From contig CBFFRQ010000069.1 in assembly GCA_965644315.1 (NCBI GenBank), positions 930,001 through 994,000 on the forward strand: a stretch of 64,000 bases of DNA, written 5' to 3'. The position numbers and the translations under genes are program-made. This DNA comes from Caecitellus pseudoparvulus (lineage: Eukaryota; Protista; Bigyra: Bicosoecida). This document shows, one piece after another, positions 36,534-49,700 of this stretch. The notes under the pieces were generated by a model that was not told the origin of the DNA, searched no databases, and saw only the letters and a list, made by a program, of their open reading frames with translations. The first letter of the stretch is position 1. Every line of letters begins with the position of its first letter.

Positions 36534-38931
36534 TCACCGTCGCTTGCCGCCTCGCCCGCCCCGCCGGTCAGCCTTGCCTCCCCGAGGCCTGCCACCATAC
36601 AGCATGCCTTTACGGGCGCTCTTGCTGGTCATTGCCCTGCGTTTCTTCCTGTCCTTGCGCACAAAATCGTCCAGCTTGGCCAGGGCCTCTGCAGCGTCTG
36701 GGGCTCTCGGAGGGGCAGTTGTTGGTGCCAAGTTCGGCAAGGCAGATTGCATATCAGCCTCGCCCCCGTCGCCTTGCTCCCCTGCATCGCCAACCCCTGC
36801 TGCGGCAAGCTCCTTCCCGTGCACAGCTGCGTCAAACTGGGCTTGGGAGATCTTCCCAGCCCTCAGCTTGCGCACCAAGCGCTCCTCGGCAGCGAAGTCG
36901 TCCCACTCAGCAAACAGCTTGTCCTGTTGCCCAGTGCGCTTGCGCTTCGTGCCGCGCTTGGTTTGGCCCTTGCCCTTACCCCCACAGCTGCTGGACTCCT
37001 TCTCCCTTGCTTGAGACTCGAGGTCTGCTGCAGCTTCAGCAGCCAATTGCGCTTGGCGTTTGGCCTGCCGGGCAGCCTCGCGCGTCGCGTCTCGGTAAGG
37101 GATGGTAGCCGTGTTGATTGCTGAGCCAAGGATCTCATCAGGGGCAGAGTACTGCACCTTCTTCGCCCCACGAAGGTCCTTCAAGTGCGGAAACTTCAAC
37201 AGGGCAAAGCCCCGCGCAAGCTTGGCCAGATGCAGCTTGGAGAACCGAAAGATGTACTTGCACTGGTGCTCCTGATAGCCCCTCACGAACGCGACAAAGG
37301 CCCGTGTGCCTCGCTCAAGTAGGTCACGGTCCCAGCAGTTCAAATTCATGATGGCAGGAGTAACGTCGGGCACCGTCGCGAGGGTGGCGACCCCCGCAGC
37401 AGCCTCTGCCTGCGTAGAAGCAGCAGTCCCTCGATCTGCCTTGGCCACCCTTGATGCAAGCTCCGGAGGAGCTGTAGGGGACTTGACATCATATGACAAC
37501 ATGTGTTGCAGCGTCGTGTGCGTTGTCGGTACACCGTTCATGTCAAGGAGCGCAATGTAGTCCGCTTCCTGAGGCAGCAACATCACCAAAGCCACGCCAA
37601 GGCGCCCCGCACGGGCCGTCCGGCCCACTCGGTGCACAAAGAAGTCTGGGTCACTAGGAGGGTCGTACTGCACACACCAGTCCAAGTCAGGGATGTCAAT
37701 GCCTCGGGCAGCCACGTCTGTACACACCAACACGCCGCCGTCCGCCTGCATGAACGCCTCGTACACACCGCTGCGTTTCTTTGCTGCCATGCGACCGTGC
37801 AGCCCCCACACTTGTGCAGCCGCTGCAAGTTTTCCAGGCCCCTCTTCCCGTGTGTCCCCCACAGGCACGCCATCTGCACCGACAGTTCCGAGGAGAAGTC
37901 GCTGAAGCTGAGGGGTCAGCACGTCAACCCCCGCGCCTGTCATGGTAAACACAATCCACTTCTCGGAGGCAAAGCGACCAGACTCACGCCTAGAGCGAAT
38001 GAGGTGCACTAGTGCAGACAGCTTGCTGTCCTCCTCGGCGAGCACGTAGAAATTGTGCAGCCCCGTTGGCGTCCGTGCTGGCGTGTGACTGGCCTGTGCG
38101 CCCGACGCAGTGGGGCCCCCCGCGGCAGCCGCGGCACTCGCAGTGGGCGCCTGCACTTGTACTCGCACGACAGCTGGGTTGCGCATGCCTGCACGAGCAA
38201 GCGCTTTGACTTCTGTGGTCTGGGTGGCCGAGAAGAGCCCTGTGCGGCGCTGCTTGGGTAAGGAGCTGAGAATGCGGGTGAGTTCGTCCTTGAAGCCCAT
38301 GGCCAGCAAGGTGTCAGCTTCGTCCAGCACCAAGACGTCCACCGACTTCCAGTTGATGGTCACCCCGCCGGGTACAGCTGCTGCGGCAGCTGCCGCAGCA
38401 GGCCCTGTTTTCTCCATGATGGCAAGCAGGCGCCCCGGGGTCGCCACCACGATATTGCAGCCGCTGGTGACACACGCGTTCACATCGTCGTGCACGCTGC
38501 TCCCACCTGTCAAGAGAATGTCACTCAGGCGGCGCCCATAGCTCGAGCAAGCCACAAACTCTCCCACGACTGTGAACAGCTGCTTCGCCAACTCTCGCGT
38601 TGGAGCAATGATGACTGCCCCCACTTCGTGCGCAGCAAGTGGGACTGGCCTACGCTGCAGCATTTCGAGAATGGGTATGACGAACGCCAGGGTCTTCCCA
38701 CTGCCTGTGCAGGCCTGCGATGGCCATCAGCAGTCGGGGCGATGCGGAAATTGTACACAGGCAAGCCCGCCTCGGCTCTTCGCGTACCTCTGCACAGACA
38801 TCCTTGTGGCTCAAGAACAGTGGAATGGCAGCTCCCTGTACTGGTGTCATGTGGTGGAAATCCTTCTTCCTCACCACTTCAAGCGTCCCTGGCAACAGCG
38901 CAGGCTTGCATGTAGCAAAGGGCACAGCCAT
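36534..38931 (-). CDS. DDX55: ATP-dependent DEAD-box RNA helicase DDX55/Spb4 (one 5' intron)
   Basis: MTPVQ..AIPLFLSHKDV, ACTGSGKTLAF, APTRELA, LDEAD, QRRTGLFSAT, HRVGRTAR and the Spb4-specific AFVAFVRGY..H.C.YIF. Confidence 0.93.
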
Positions 38932-39326
38932 GGTTCTGCTTGCTCAAGGATTGCGCCGTCCGTCGCTGGCTGCTACACTGAATGCCACGGGAGCATCCTG
39001 GCCATGGGTGACCTCGACTTCCTCCAAGGGTGCCTGGGGGCAGTCTTTTGCACTTGCTTGTGGATGCCCCACTCGCCAGGCGGTGTCTGAGGGGTGTGAG
39101 GGGGGGGGGTGAGGTGGCCGGGTCAACATCCCTGCAACGCCAGCGCGCCTCGACGCAGTGTCCGGCGCCGTTCACTACCCCCATCACTCCGCGCACAACT
39201 CCAAACCCTTGTTTCGCGCAACAGTCTACAACCTGTGTGGCCTGCCTGTCCTTAAACCTTTGGGTATCTTCCCCGCAGCAACCTTCTCCGCTAACGTGTG
39301 TCAGCGCGCGAGTCAAATTCCGCACG

Positions 39327-41163
39327 ATGGCCGCTCAGAGGGTTTCAAGCGTACCTGCTGCGCCAACTGGCGTCAGCACCGATGCATCCGGGAGCATGAA
39401 AGCTTTCAAGGTGCTGAAGGTCCTAGGAAAGGGCAGCTATGGCACTGTCATGCAGTGCAAGCGCAAGAGCGACGGAGAGACGTGAGGCCAGAGAGCGCGC
39501 CCGTTGACACACGCTAAGCATCCCCCACGGCTTGAGCCGCCGTGCCTGCACAGCTATGCCATCAAGGAGGTCAACATTCGCAAGCTTTCTCCTCGTGAGA
39601 GGGAGGATGCTGTGAATGAAATTCGCATCCTCGCCTCCATCCGCCACGTCAACATCGTCAGGTGTGTGGCGCCAAGAAATCTCTAACCGCTGTGACCCTC
39701 CGCCCGCCACGCTGCGGCGGACACATTTCGCGACTTGAGAGCACCCTCCTCCGCTCTCACCTTTGCAGGTACTGCGAGGCATTTGTTGAACGCGACAACC
39801 TGTACATCGTCATGGAAATGGCGGAGCACGGGGATGGTGCGTGTGGCGCGTGCATGATGCCTCAGCCGGACAAACTCTCTTCACACACTCGCTGCTCCAC
39901 GTGCACAGTGCACCGCCAGCTGTCCCGGTTCAAAGCTGCCAACAAGTATGTCAAGGAAGCCACCATCTGGAGCTACCTGTGCCAGCTCTGCTTGGCCCTG
40001 CAAGAGCTGCACAGCCGCAAGATCCTGCACCGGGTAAGGCGCTGCGGTGCCACTTGCTAGTCGTACCCCGCAGCCACCCCCCTCCCTCTCCGGTGCCTTG
40101 ACTTGAACAGGACATCAAACCAAAGAACGTCTTCTTGACAGGCAAGAACATGGTGCGCCTGGGAGACCTGGGCTGCGCCAAGCTTATGAAGAGCGGCATG
40201 GCGCGCACCCAGATCGGCACTCCGTACTACATGTCGCCCGAAATCTGGTCCCACCGCCCATACGACGCAAAGAGCGATATCTGGGCGCTGGGTGCCATGC
40301 TGTACGAGATGTGCATGCTGAACCCTCCCTTCCTGGCCAACGACATGAACTCCCTTGCTCGCAAGGTGAAGACGGCACCCACACCCCGCATTTCCAAGCA
40401 CTACTCGTCAGAGCTGCACGCCATCATCAATGCCATGCTGTCAAAGAACCCAGCTTCCCGCCCCTCGGTCGCTGACATCCTCTCGGATCCCTCGGTTACG
40501 TCACGGCTGCACTTGGTTCCCAGCAGTGACAAGACGAAGTGGACAGACGAGCGGGAAAGCGCTCTCCTGGCCACCATCAAGGTGCCTAAGTACATGGGCT
40601 ATGGCGCTGCTCGAGGCATCAAGCTCCCAGACGCTGCGTACCCCGCCGAAGTCATGCCAGCGGATGCTGCCGCTGTGCGCCCTGGCACATCCCCCGCCAA
40701 GCCTGTCGTCCAGCGAGCCCCAGCGGCGGTACCAGCCAGGCCTTCCACCGCCCAATCTTCGTACCAGCCAAAACCAGTGGTGTCCCATGGCCTGCGCAAA
40801 GTGCCCTCTGGGGGTGCACTGCCAAGTAGGTCCAAGCCATCTCTGGGTGGTGTCCACGCCCCTGCGCCGTCTAGCAGGTACGCTCGTGCGCCTTCCTCCC
40901 GCGGTGGTGCAGGTCGCATGGCGGCAGTTGCAGCTGCCCATGGACCATCTTCCAGGGCCCCTTCCTCCCGTGCCCCCTCTTCCCGGGCTGTGTCCAGCCG
41001 TGCAGGCGCTGGGGGCGTCGTGGCCAGCCGCCGACCCACTGCTGCCGCCGCGCGACGCTACGGCGCAGCTGCCGCGGCCGCCGGAGGCCGCAAGGCACCC
41101 GTCTCCGCTGCCTACCGCGCTCCGTCCTACCGAGGTGGTGTGCCGAGCTCTCGACCTTGGTAA
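39327..41163 (+). CDS. NIMA-related (NEK) Ser/Thr kinase with basic low-complexity tail (multi-exon)
   Basis: LGKGSYGTV, YAIKEV, AVNEIRILAS, ILHR/DIKPKN, LGDLG and TQIGTPYYMSPE across four introns. Confidence 0.93.
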
Positions 41164-41278
41164 GGCAGGCGGAGTGAGACAGCGCGTTCGCTGAGCTGTG
41201 CAAAACTGATTGCCTCGGGTTTGCAGGCAGCCCAGCGAAGCGCAGGGCTAATGTGACATGTGCAGTGCAAGGAAGCGA

Positions 41279-41290
41279 CAAATGCATTTG
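41279..41290. promoter_or_regulatory. Palindrome CAAATGCATTTG between convergent NEK and OXA1; candidate bidirectional 3'-end signal
   Basis: Perfect 12-bp palindrome carrying AATGCA on both strands; the same hexamer follows many stop codons in the window. Confidence 0.4.
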
Positions 41291-41320
41291 CTCCCCGTGG
41301 ATGCAGTGTCACTACTCGTG

Positions 41321-43114
41321 TCACTTCTTCCCTCGCTTGCCTCCTGAGCGCTTACCTTTGCCTGCTGCCCGCTTGGTGCCGGACGCGCTTGATGGAGCTT
41401 GTGCCTTGCGGAGCTTGGCGAGCTCTTGCTGCGTCAGGAGACGCTTGGAGTTGGAGGTAGGTGCTTCAGTGCCAGCATCCGGCTGGGCAGTTGGTGGTGG
41501 CGGCGGCGGGGGGGGGGCTTGCAAGCCTTTCCACGTAATGTAGTCGCCTGACTCGGACGTCTGCACAGCGGGGCGCGAGGAGCCCCCGAGCCCGGGCACC
41601 GCCCTGCTCGATCCCGACACTGGGTTGGCGTTGTATGACGCGGCAGCCGCTCCTGCTGCGCCCACAGGGCCTGACAAGTCCCCAAAGCCGGGGGGGATGA
41701 CTCCTCTGGCAATTGATGCCTTGACCTCGTCTGCCATGAAGAAGCCCATGAACGGGCTTTTGGCAGCGTTCTGCATGGCGGTAAGCTGGGAAGCACGGTA
41801 CATCTCCAAGGCCTCCTCGGGCGTCTGTCCAGCTGTGGGCAGCGGAGGGGGGTTCGGAAACCCACTGGGGATTCCAGCCAGCCGTTGCAGGAAGGGCACC
41901 CGCACCATGAGCTGTTGCATGAGAACCGTGAAGGAGCCTGACAGGATGAGCAGCTGCATGCCTGCGGGGAACATGGCCGTGACGGCGCTGAATGAGACAC
42001 TTGTCATCATGAAAAATCGCCTCATTTGGTCATTGGGCACACCCAAACTGGGAATGCCGCTCTGGTTCGGATTGGCAAAAGCACTCGCAATGCCACAAGC
42101 CATGGACGCCAACGGTAGCGCATAGTATGGGTCCGGGACGGTCAAGTCGTACAGCCACAGTGGCCCGTCTTGCGTTATGCTGGGCAGATACTCTGCGGAG
42201 TTCAGGATCCTTCTCACGCCGTAGAAGAAGCCAATGCCCAGGGGCAGCTGGAAAAGCAGGCCGTAGAAGGGCGCCGCCATGCTGACACCGTGCTTCTTCA
42301 GCAACTTGGAGCGCTCCTTGTAGTACTGCATGGCAGTTTGCTGGTCTCCCCGCTCATTTGCAGCCTTAAATTTTGACATCAGCTCATTGTGAAGGAGCTG
42401 CACCTTCCGGAACCTCATGCCGGAGCCAGTCTGTGCAGTGGGCGGCCTCGCGCATGCTCAACAAATCCGGCGCGGGGTGCCAGTCTTTGAAAACACGCAC
42501 CGCGTAGAAGTAGAATGGCAAGTTTAGCATGCGCAGGCCAAGAACGCCGGCCAGGATGACCTGCCAATAGGGGAATCCAGTCAGCTCGTGCACGTGAGCG
42601 ATTTGCTGGGCGAAGAAGACGAAGAAGCCAGACTCTGGGATGAAGACACGAGGGAGCGTGGGGAAGGCGCCGTATTCTTTGCTTGCTGAAACAGCACTTA
42701 CCATCCATGAACGGGGGGGTCATGTCCCCTGCTGAGGTGCTAAGTGCTTCAGCAGTGGATCCCACCTCGGCTGAAAATGCGGAGATGGCAGTGTCATCCC
42801 GGTTCGAGGCTTGAATCAGAGGGTTGCAGGGTGCAGACTCCTGTATAGCATCTCGTGTATCCCTGACATCACCTGCTGTTGGGCGCCCTGACCACTTTGA
42901 CCTGTGGCATTCGCAAGGCGTCGGTCCTTGGTGCGGACTTTGCCTTCATCTCAGTAATTCCGCACCTAACCCATGCCCCAACCTCTGAAAGCGAAGACAC
43001 GCTCCTAGATGAACCCAGGCAAGCTGATGAAGCCCGTTGCAAACCTTTCAAGGCCTGGACAGACCTTCTGCATGCGGCGTGTCTCAGGGTGAGGCGCAGG
43101 CGCTGGCAATGCAT
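41321..43114 (-). CDS. OXA1: Mitochondrial Oxa1/YidC membrane insertase (multi-exon; start uncertain)
   Basis: HELTGFPYWQVIL..LR, QLPLGIGFF and GPLWLYDLTVPDPYYALP; Arg/Ser-rich N-terminus resembles a transit peptide. Confidence 0.82.
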
Positions 43115-43715
43115 CTCGCCAGCATCACTTACCCGCCCGCAGACGCTGCCCTGGACAACATGACAGCCTGCGCGCAATGCAGAGGGTGCAACTCGCGCTC
43201 ACTTTGGCACTGGTTCGGTCTGCTGTGCAAAAAGGACAGGGGGCTGTTTTTGTTGTGATCTGTTCTTTTTTCAAAGTGGGGTGTAAGTTTATTGTTTAGA
43301 ACGCAGTACACCACGCCCGTTTTTTTTACATGAAGGGCGTCTCTACAGGTAGGCACTAGCTGCGAGGCGTGTCGAGGTCCCGTCGTCGACGCAACACAGC
43401 CTGAACCAAAACGCGCCCACAAAGAAAGTCACGTGATGCACGAGGGCACCTTCACGCCCTCCTAGTGGTGTGCTGGCGGCGCCTAGACTTTGCAACGCGA
43501 AGGGAGCTACACCAGCCTGCTCGCGTTCCATTGCGCCAGCAGCAAGGTTGGCTGCAAAAGGGCCGTTTCAAGCAAACCAAAGCGACCTGATGGAATCTTC
43601 AGACTCTTTGAAGAGGCTGGACAGTCCAGGGTTGGTCGTGGACACGTCTGGTTTGTACGGTGAGTGACCTCGCAACGCACGATCTTTGCCTGCGCCTCAT
43701 TGGCGCACAGGGCGA

Positions 43716-46700
43716 ATGCTGCCGGGCACACAAGTGCACACTAGTTCGATCATGACCACAGAGCGCTTGCGGACAGCCAGCCGAGGCCTGCCAAAGGAAG
43801 ACGAGCACAGCGCCTGGCCTTCACCTACTCGCCTGAAGCCTGGGAGCGCCAGACGCTCAGCTCGGCCTGAAGTGGAGAGCAAGGAACTTGCACCACAGTC
43901 TGAAGCTAGAAGTGGGGCGTCAGCTGCCTTAGTTGCCGAAGTTGAGCCCTTGAAACGCGGGAGACGCCGGCAAGCTAAGGCCGGCCCTGCCCCTCGCCTT
44001 CTTGAGATCGAGAAGCGGTATGTCCTGGACGATGCACGTCTGAGAGCATCCATTGCGACGGCCAAGACACCCACTGAAGCGCAGCTTGGGGGCAGATTTT
44101 TTGGATCTGAAGAACTGCTGAGGCGCAACTTGCCTCGCCACGTTCTGCTGAAGGCCAAAAACCCTCTTCGGCACACACCACAGACTGCACGGCAGCGACT
44201 CCGCCGACGGGAGGAGGGCCGGAAGCTATTGGCCTTGGAATCCAAGAAGGACTCTGCTCTGATCAAACCCGCCCCACTTGGGCGGCCTCCTTCACACCAG
44301 GGTTTCGGCACCGTGGAGCCTGCTGCTCCGCATACTTCAGCTCCGGCGGTGCAGCAAAGCACCGAGGAAAGTCAGCCGGAAGTGGGAATGAAGACGGGTC
44401 GCACGATGAGAGGTGACGCGGGCGCAGTGATCCCCTTTTCACACCAGCGGCGGCTTCGAGAGCACCAGCTGCGCCTGGGAGACCTGGCAGATTTCGTGCT
44501 GGATAGGGGAGGTGGCCACGAGGAGGGTTTGCGTGGGGTGTCGAGCAGGGGCTCATTCACGCAACAAGGTAGCTCAAGTGCCAGCCGGGCGCTGAAAGGT
44601 GCCTCATCTAAGCGCCGTTGGGCACCAAAGATGGGCATGGGTCCAAGCCCAGCATTTGGGAGTACGTACTCCTCAGTATTCTTCCTGCCGCCGCCCCTGC
44701 CACTGGCGCCAGTACCACAAGATGTCGAGCCCCCCTTCGTCGCTTTCCCGCACGTGCTTCTGCATCGATGGTACCAGCAGCGTGACATAAACCCGAACCC
44801 CGTGTTGGGCGTGCAGCTCATTCCCCAGTACAGACCAGATGGCACGGAGAAAATGCCCCTCTTCCGAACAGAGTCCCGGCTCATATCAAGAAGTGCGCCA
44901 CTGAAGCACTTGATTCTTTCAGCAGTCCCAATGTCCACATCAGTGCAGCTGTTGAAAGAGCAAGCGCATCAGGGTGCGCCTTTGCAGGGTCTCCACTCCT
45001 GGGACGACACACTCCTCGCGGAGTCATCTGGCAGCATCCCTCATGCCGAGGACGAACTCCAGACCAGAGACATGCGCTGGACAATGGAAGCGGTTTTGAA
45101 GGCTTGGAGGGCTGAAGAGTTGGCATCAGCCACATGTGAAGACCGTGGTGCTTGCATAGTGCCCGACGGGTGTGGTGAGACGTGGGGTCCGAAGAGTACG
45201 TTTGAGCAGTACTCTGGCGCGGCCGACATAGACGTCAGCAGGATCATTCGGGCCAAATCTGGCGTAACCCGCGTTTTGCTCCCACAGTCTGGTGTGCCGA
45301 TCGGGTGGAATGCCATAAGTGCTGACCTGCGAGGTTGGGCTGTGTCTCGCGCCAGCTTCACGCGCCTCGTAGACCAAGGCTCACACTTGGTGCGCCTGGT
45401 GCTGGGTCCATGGCAAGCACGCTGCCTAGGAAAACGGGAACTGTTTCAAGCCTTCAGTCTCTTGCATTCACTGAAGCACGTCGCCTTGCCTGCTTGCACG
45501 GCGTTTGATGACGAAGTTGCAGCGTTCGTGGCAGCCTCACCGTGTGCTCCCCACCTCCTGTCCCTTGACTTGTCTCATTCCACATCGTTCTCAAACGATG
45601 GGCTGGGGCTGCTTTGCAGTGGGTGTAGGCAGCTTGAAGCATTGTCGCTGGTGGGCTGCACTCAGTTGCTTGACTCAGGGATGCTTGCCATAAGCAGCGA
45701 CCTCCGCCTCTTGCACGCCCTGGACGTTTCCTGGTGCGAGGGGATTTCGCACCTTGGCTTAGTTTCGGTACTGGCTCGATGCCCAGTGCAACACCTGGCA
45801 GCACGTGGACTGGGGCGGGGCTTCGTCTCCCCTCAGCGTGCAATGGACCTGGCAGCTCACAGGGCGAAACCGGGCGCAGAAGGAACGCCTGGGGCAGGTG
45901 AACGCGACCCCCAATTTGATCCAAGAGGAGTGCCATCTGACTGGAGGGCTGTGGTGCCAGACTCAGTGCATGTCAACATCACAGAGCCAGCTTCTGCCTC
46001 AATCCTCGCGGATCAAGGTGGCGCAGGGCTTGCAACTGCTTCTGCATCATCCCTCGGCGACAGTGCCGTGCTGCCAGCTTGCGAGGTGCCGGCCAGCTCC
46101 TGGCAGCATCTCAGCAAGGTGCAAGTTGATGTGGGGCAAGGCATGGGTGGCGGCGAGTGGCTTCGACAAGACCTTATGGGGGCGCTTGTGGAAGTGCAAG
46201 TGACTTCGCTCAAACAAGTGGACTTGACGGCTGCCGTGGGTGTGGAGGATGCCACTGTCATTTCTTTGGTTCGAAATGCCCCAAACCTGACACACTTTCG
46301 CGCCGGTCACTGTACACGACTGACAGCTGCCTCCACCACCGCTCTAGCTTTGTTTTCAGAGCACTTGCTTGAGCTTCACCTGCCCTACTGCACAGGGGTT
46401 GCTTCCCCACTGGTTGACCGGGACATTGCTTTCTTGCTCGCAACTCGGGCAGGGCTCCTCAAGCATGCATCCCAGCCCCCATCCGACGAAGCAGATGAGG
46501 GTCTCTGTCGGGGTGTGACCGACCAAGTCCGAGCTTCAGAGCGAGCGAGGGCGCGGTACAGTGTTCGACACGCATCAGAGCGCGTGCGTGACACAGACGC
46601 CTTTGACAAGCTGGCAGCCCTCCCTGCAGACCATGAGCAGATACTGCAACCACGTTGGCAGAGTCTTCGGTCCTTAGACCTCGGTGGCTGCGCAGGTGTC

Positions 46701-49700
46701 CTTCAGGAGGACGTCCAACAGCTCCTGGAAGGCTGCCCGGACATATCCACCCTCAGGCTCAGTGCTGTGCATGACATAGGAGCTGATCTCTTTGAGAAGC
46801 TAAAGGTCGGAACGTTCCGGCTCACGAGTATCTCCTTGAGGTGCATCCCATCGATCGACAGCGTCGCTGTGCAGACCCTTGCGGAGGCCTGCCCCGACCT
46901 GCGCAAGCTGGACCTCACCGCCTGCACGGCTGTGACAGATGCAGGGGTCGCTGCTCTTGCAGTGCACTGCCCGCTGCTTCATGAGATTCGACTGGGCAAG
47001 TGCTCTGCATCCCTTTCCTGTGGTGCAGTTCTTGCCCTGGCCAAGGGGTGTCGACAGCTTCGGGTTCTGGAGGCAGGACATGCGTCGGGGCCAGCAGGTC
47101 GCGGCTCATCACGAGGTGCCCCCCTCCGTGGACTTGACGAAACAGAGCTCCTGGTGGATTACACCTTTGATGGCGACATGCTTCTCTTCCTCGTATCACT
47201 TGCCATTTGTTGTCCGTATTTGGTTGAGTTGGATCTCGCGCATCGGATGCTCCCGAGGAGCTCAGCAGGCCCCGGAGGTGGTGCTGGTTTGGCAGCGTCG
47301 ATGTCGACTGCAAGGAGCCTGCTTCCAAGGGATTCACTTCCTGACGTAGCTTCAGCGGGAAACCTTGGGGCGGGTGCCACTGCACAGTCCTCACGTGGCA
47401 TGCGGTGGAGCCGAGTGTTGTCTGGTGCGGAGCCCATTGGGGACATTGTGGACCCCTCTGGAAAAGAGCAGCACCTCCGAGATCCAGGAGCTGGTCCCTC
47501 CCTGCGATTCAGGGCACGTACTTCGCTCGGGTCTGAGGCTGGTGTCGGACGAGACTCTCAAGGTTCGTCATCTCCTCTCGACCTCTCCGTCTCAAGTTCG
47601 TCTCGAGGGCCGGTATCTTCAGAGCTTCTGTTCCCACAACTTTCTCGTCTCAACCTCCGAAACAGTGGCTACCTCAGCGACTCTGCCCTGACCCTTGTTC
47701 TCGGTGCGGCGCCGAATTTGCTGCACCTTGACGTGACGGGGTGCGAAGGAGTGACTGCCGCGTGTGTCTCCCACGTGGCAGCTCAGCGAAGGTGCGTGTC
47801 GTTCGTCATGAATATCCCATCATCGGCGAGCGGTGAACTTCGTCAGGGACCCCTTCCCAGTTTGCGTCAGATGGGGTCACGGGTGGCGTCCAGCGTCACT
47901 GTCGCCGACGAGCGCCAGCCACCACCGCCAGTGTCTGAGGGTGCTAGTTTACCCCTCCCCCGGAAACCGACGCCCTACTCATGTACAGCTGTTCCGGGCT
48001 TCCCTGGGGAGCGATCTGGAAGTGCGGGGAACATCGCTCTGGCACAGAGCACCGTTTCCATGGAAGGCGCCCGTTTTCAGCCGACGGGGCGAGAAGCAGA
48101 CCCTGGTGGGCGAGTCTTCCAGCAACCTTTTCTGGGGTTCTGCCCAGTGCAGGGGGCTTCTTTTGCACTGGAAACCGAAGCAGTGACCCGACGCTTGGGG
48201 CTGGAGCACACCTCTGCCAATCGAATCCGCATGCTTGTGCTGCACGGCATCAGAAAGCAGAAGCAATTGCTGTTCACATTGACTTGGCGTCTCCGTGTCA
48301 AACGCCTTGCGCAGATCCAGTACTCAGCGCGTCGGGTGGCCCGTTTCATTCGAACCGTAGCTGCCTGGAAGTGTGCCCAACGGCTTGCCGCCTCCACCCA
48401 CCTGTGCATGTGGTGGAGGCGAATGAGGCTCATACTTGCCTGCCAGCGCCGTGTTATGGCGGCCATTGAAGCAAGACGAGTGGCGCAAACCAAGCGTTTG
48501 GCTGCAAGCATGCTCATCAGCACCGTGGATTCCATTCTCACGCGACTTGCCTTCAACTGGCTGAGGATGCGCGCACTCGTCGGTCGATGGGAGGATGAAA
48601 GGCGTGAGAATCAAGTTCGGGGCCTTGTACCGAGGTACGACCAAGACGGGCGCCCGCGAGTGCAGTTTGCGCTCCCTGCGGCGGGCCCCGAGGTTCTGGG
48701 TGCAACGGCAGCAAAAGCTGCCTCGCTCTTTGCAAAGCATCGAGTGGGATCTGCCGAGGTGCTGTCTGCTTCACAGCAGCGCGCAGCGGAAGAGGCAGCA
48801 TCTGACGCAGCGGAGGCTGCCAGTGACGCACGATGGCTGAATGACGAAGGCAGTGCTCCGCGACCTGGCTTGGACTTGGCGACTTCAGCAGCCGTCGCTG
48901 AGCGTTTGCTTGCCAGGCAGCAGCGGGCAGAAGAAAGGGAACTGGTGCAGGCAGCCACGGCACAGCTAGAGCAACGAGATCTTGCCAGGGCTGCGGCAGG
49001 GAGTCAGGTGGATTTGCAAGCTTCTTCACCAAGTCGCTCTGCGGTGCTGGGCGCTATCGTGCCTTCGGCACGGCTTGAGAAAGCCACCAGCGAGGCACGG
49101 TTTCACCGGCTTGCAGTTGCCTCCAGGAGACTTCGGAAGTCGGACGCGTCGCTCCTCATCCAAGGAGCCGACGGGATGTTCCGCATGGCGCGGGACTCTG
49201 ATGCTGGGCGAACTGACATAGTGCGACCCAAGCGACGTGCGGTACCTCAGGCGACCTCCCCCTCAGCGCAGCGGCAAGGCCTCGTGGACAGAGCAAATTC
49301 TTCTGGGATGCACGCCACGCATCATGCCACCGAGTCACCACCTGAAACTGGGCAGCAAGATGCTTCTGAGCCAGATTTTGGACCTGCAGAACACGCCTTA
49401 CCCTCTGCAGAGCAGGTGGGGCGCGAGCCTTTCCCTGTCACAGTCACCTCAGATGGAGCGGGTGAGCTCAGCAAGCTTGCTACTTCGATTGCTTCCCAGC
49501 CTGCGACGAGTGAAGGGCGGCAAGGGCAGCCCCAAAAGCACCCGGAGAGAGGCGGCGTGCAGTCCAGCCGACCCAAGTCTGTGTCATGGCGTGTCGAAGA
49601 TGCTCTCCAGGCAGCACCCGAGGCATCGACAGACGACAGTAAATGCGCAACGACACGAGTGCACGATGGAGGGTCAAAGGAGGGCATCCCAACATTGGAG

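Noticed and set aside
43240-43340. AT-rich tract as a possible ncRNA or insertion
   Set aside because: No recognisable tRNA or snRNA structure or terminal repeats; best read as a promoter region between divergent genes.
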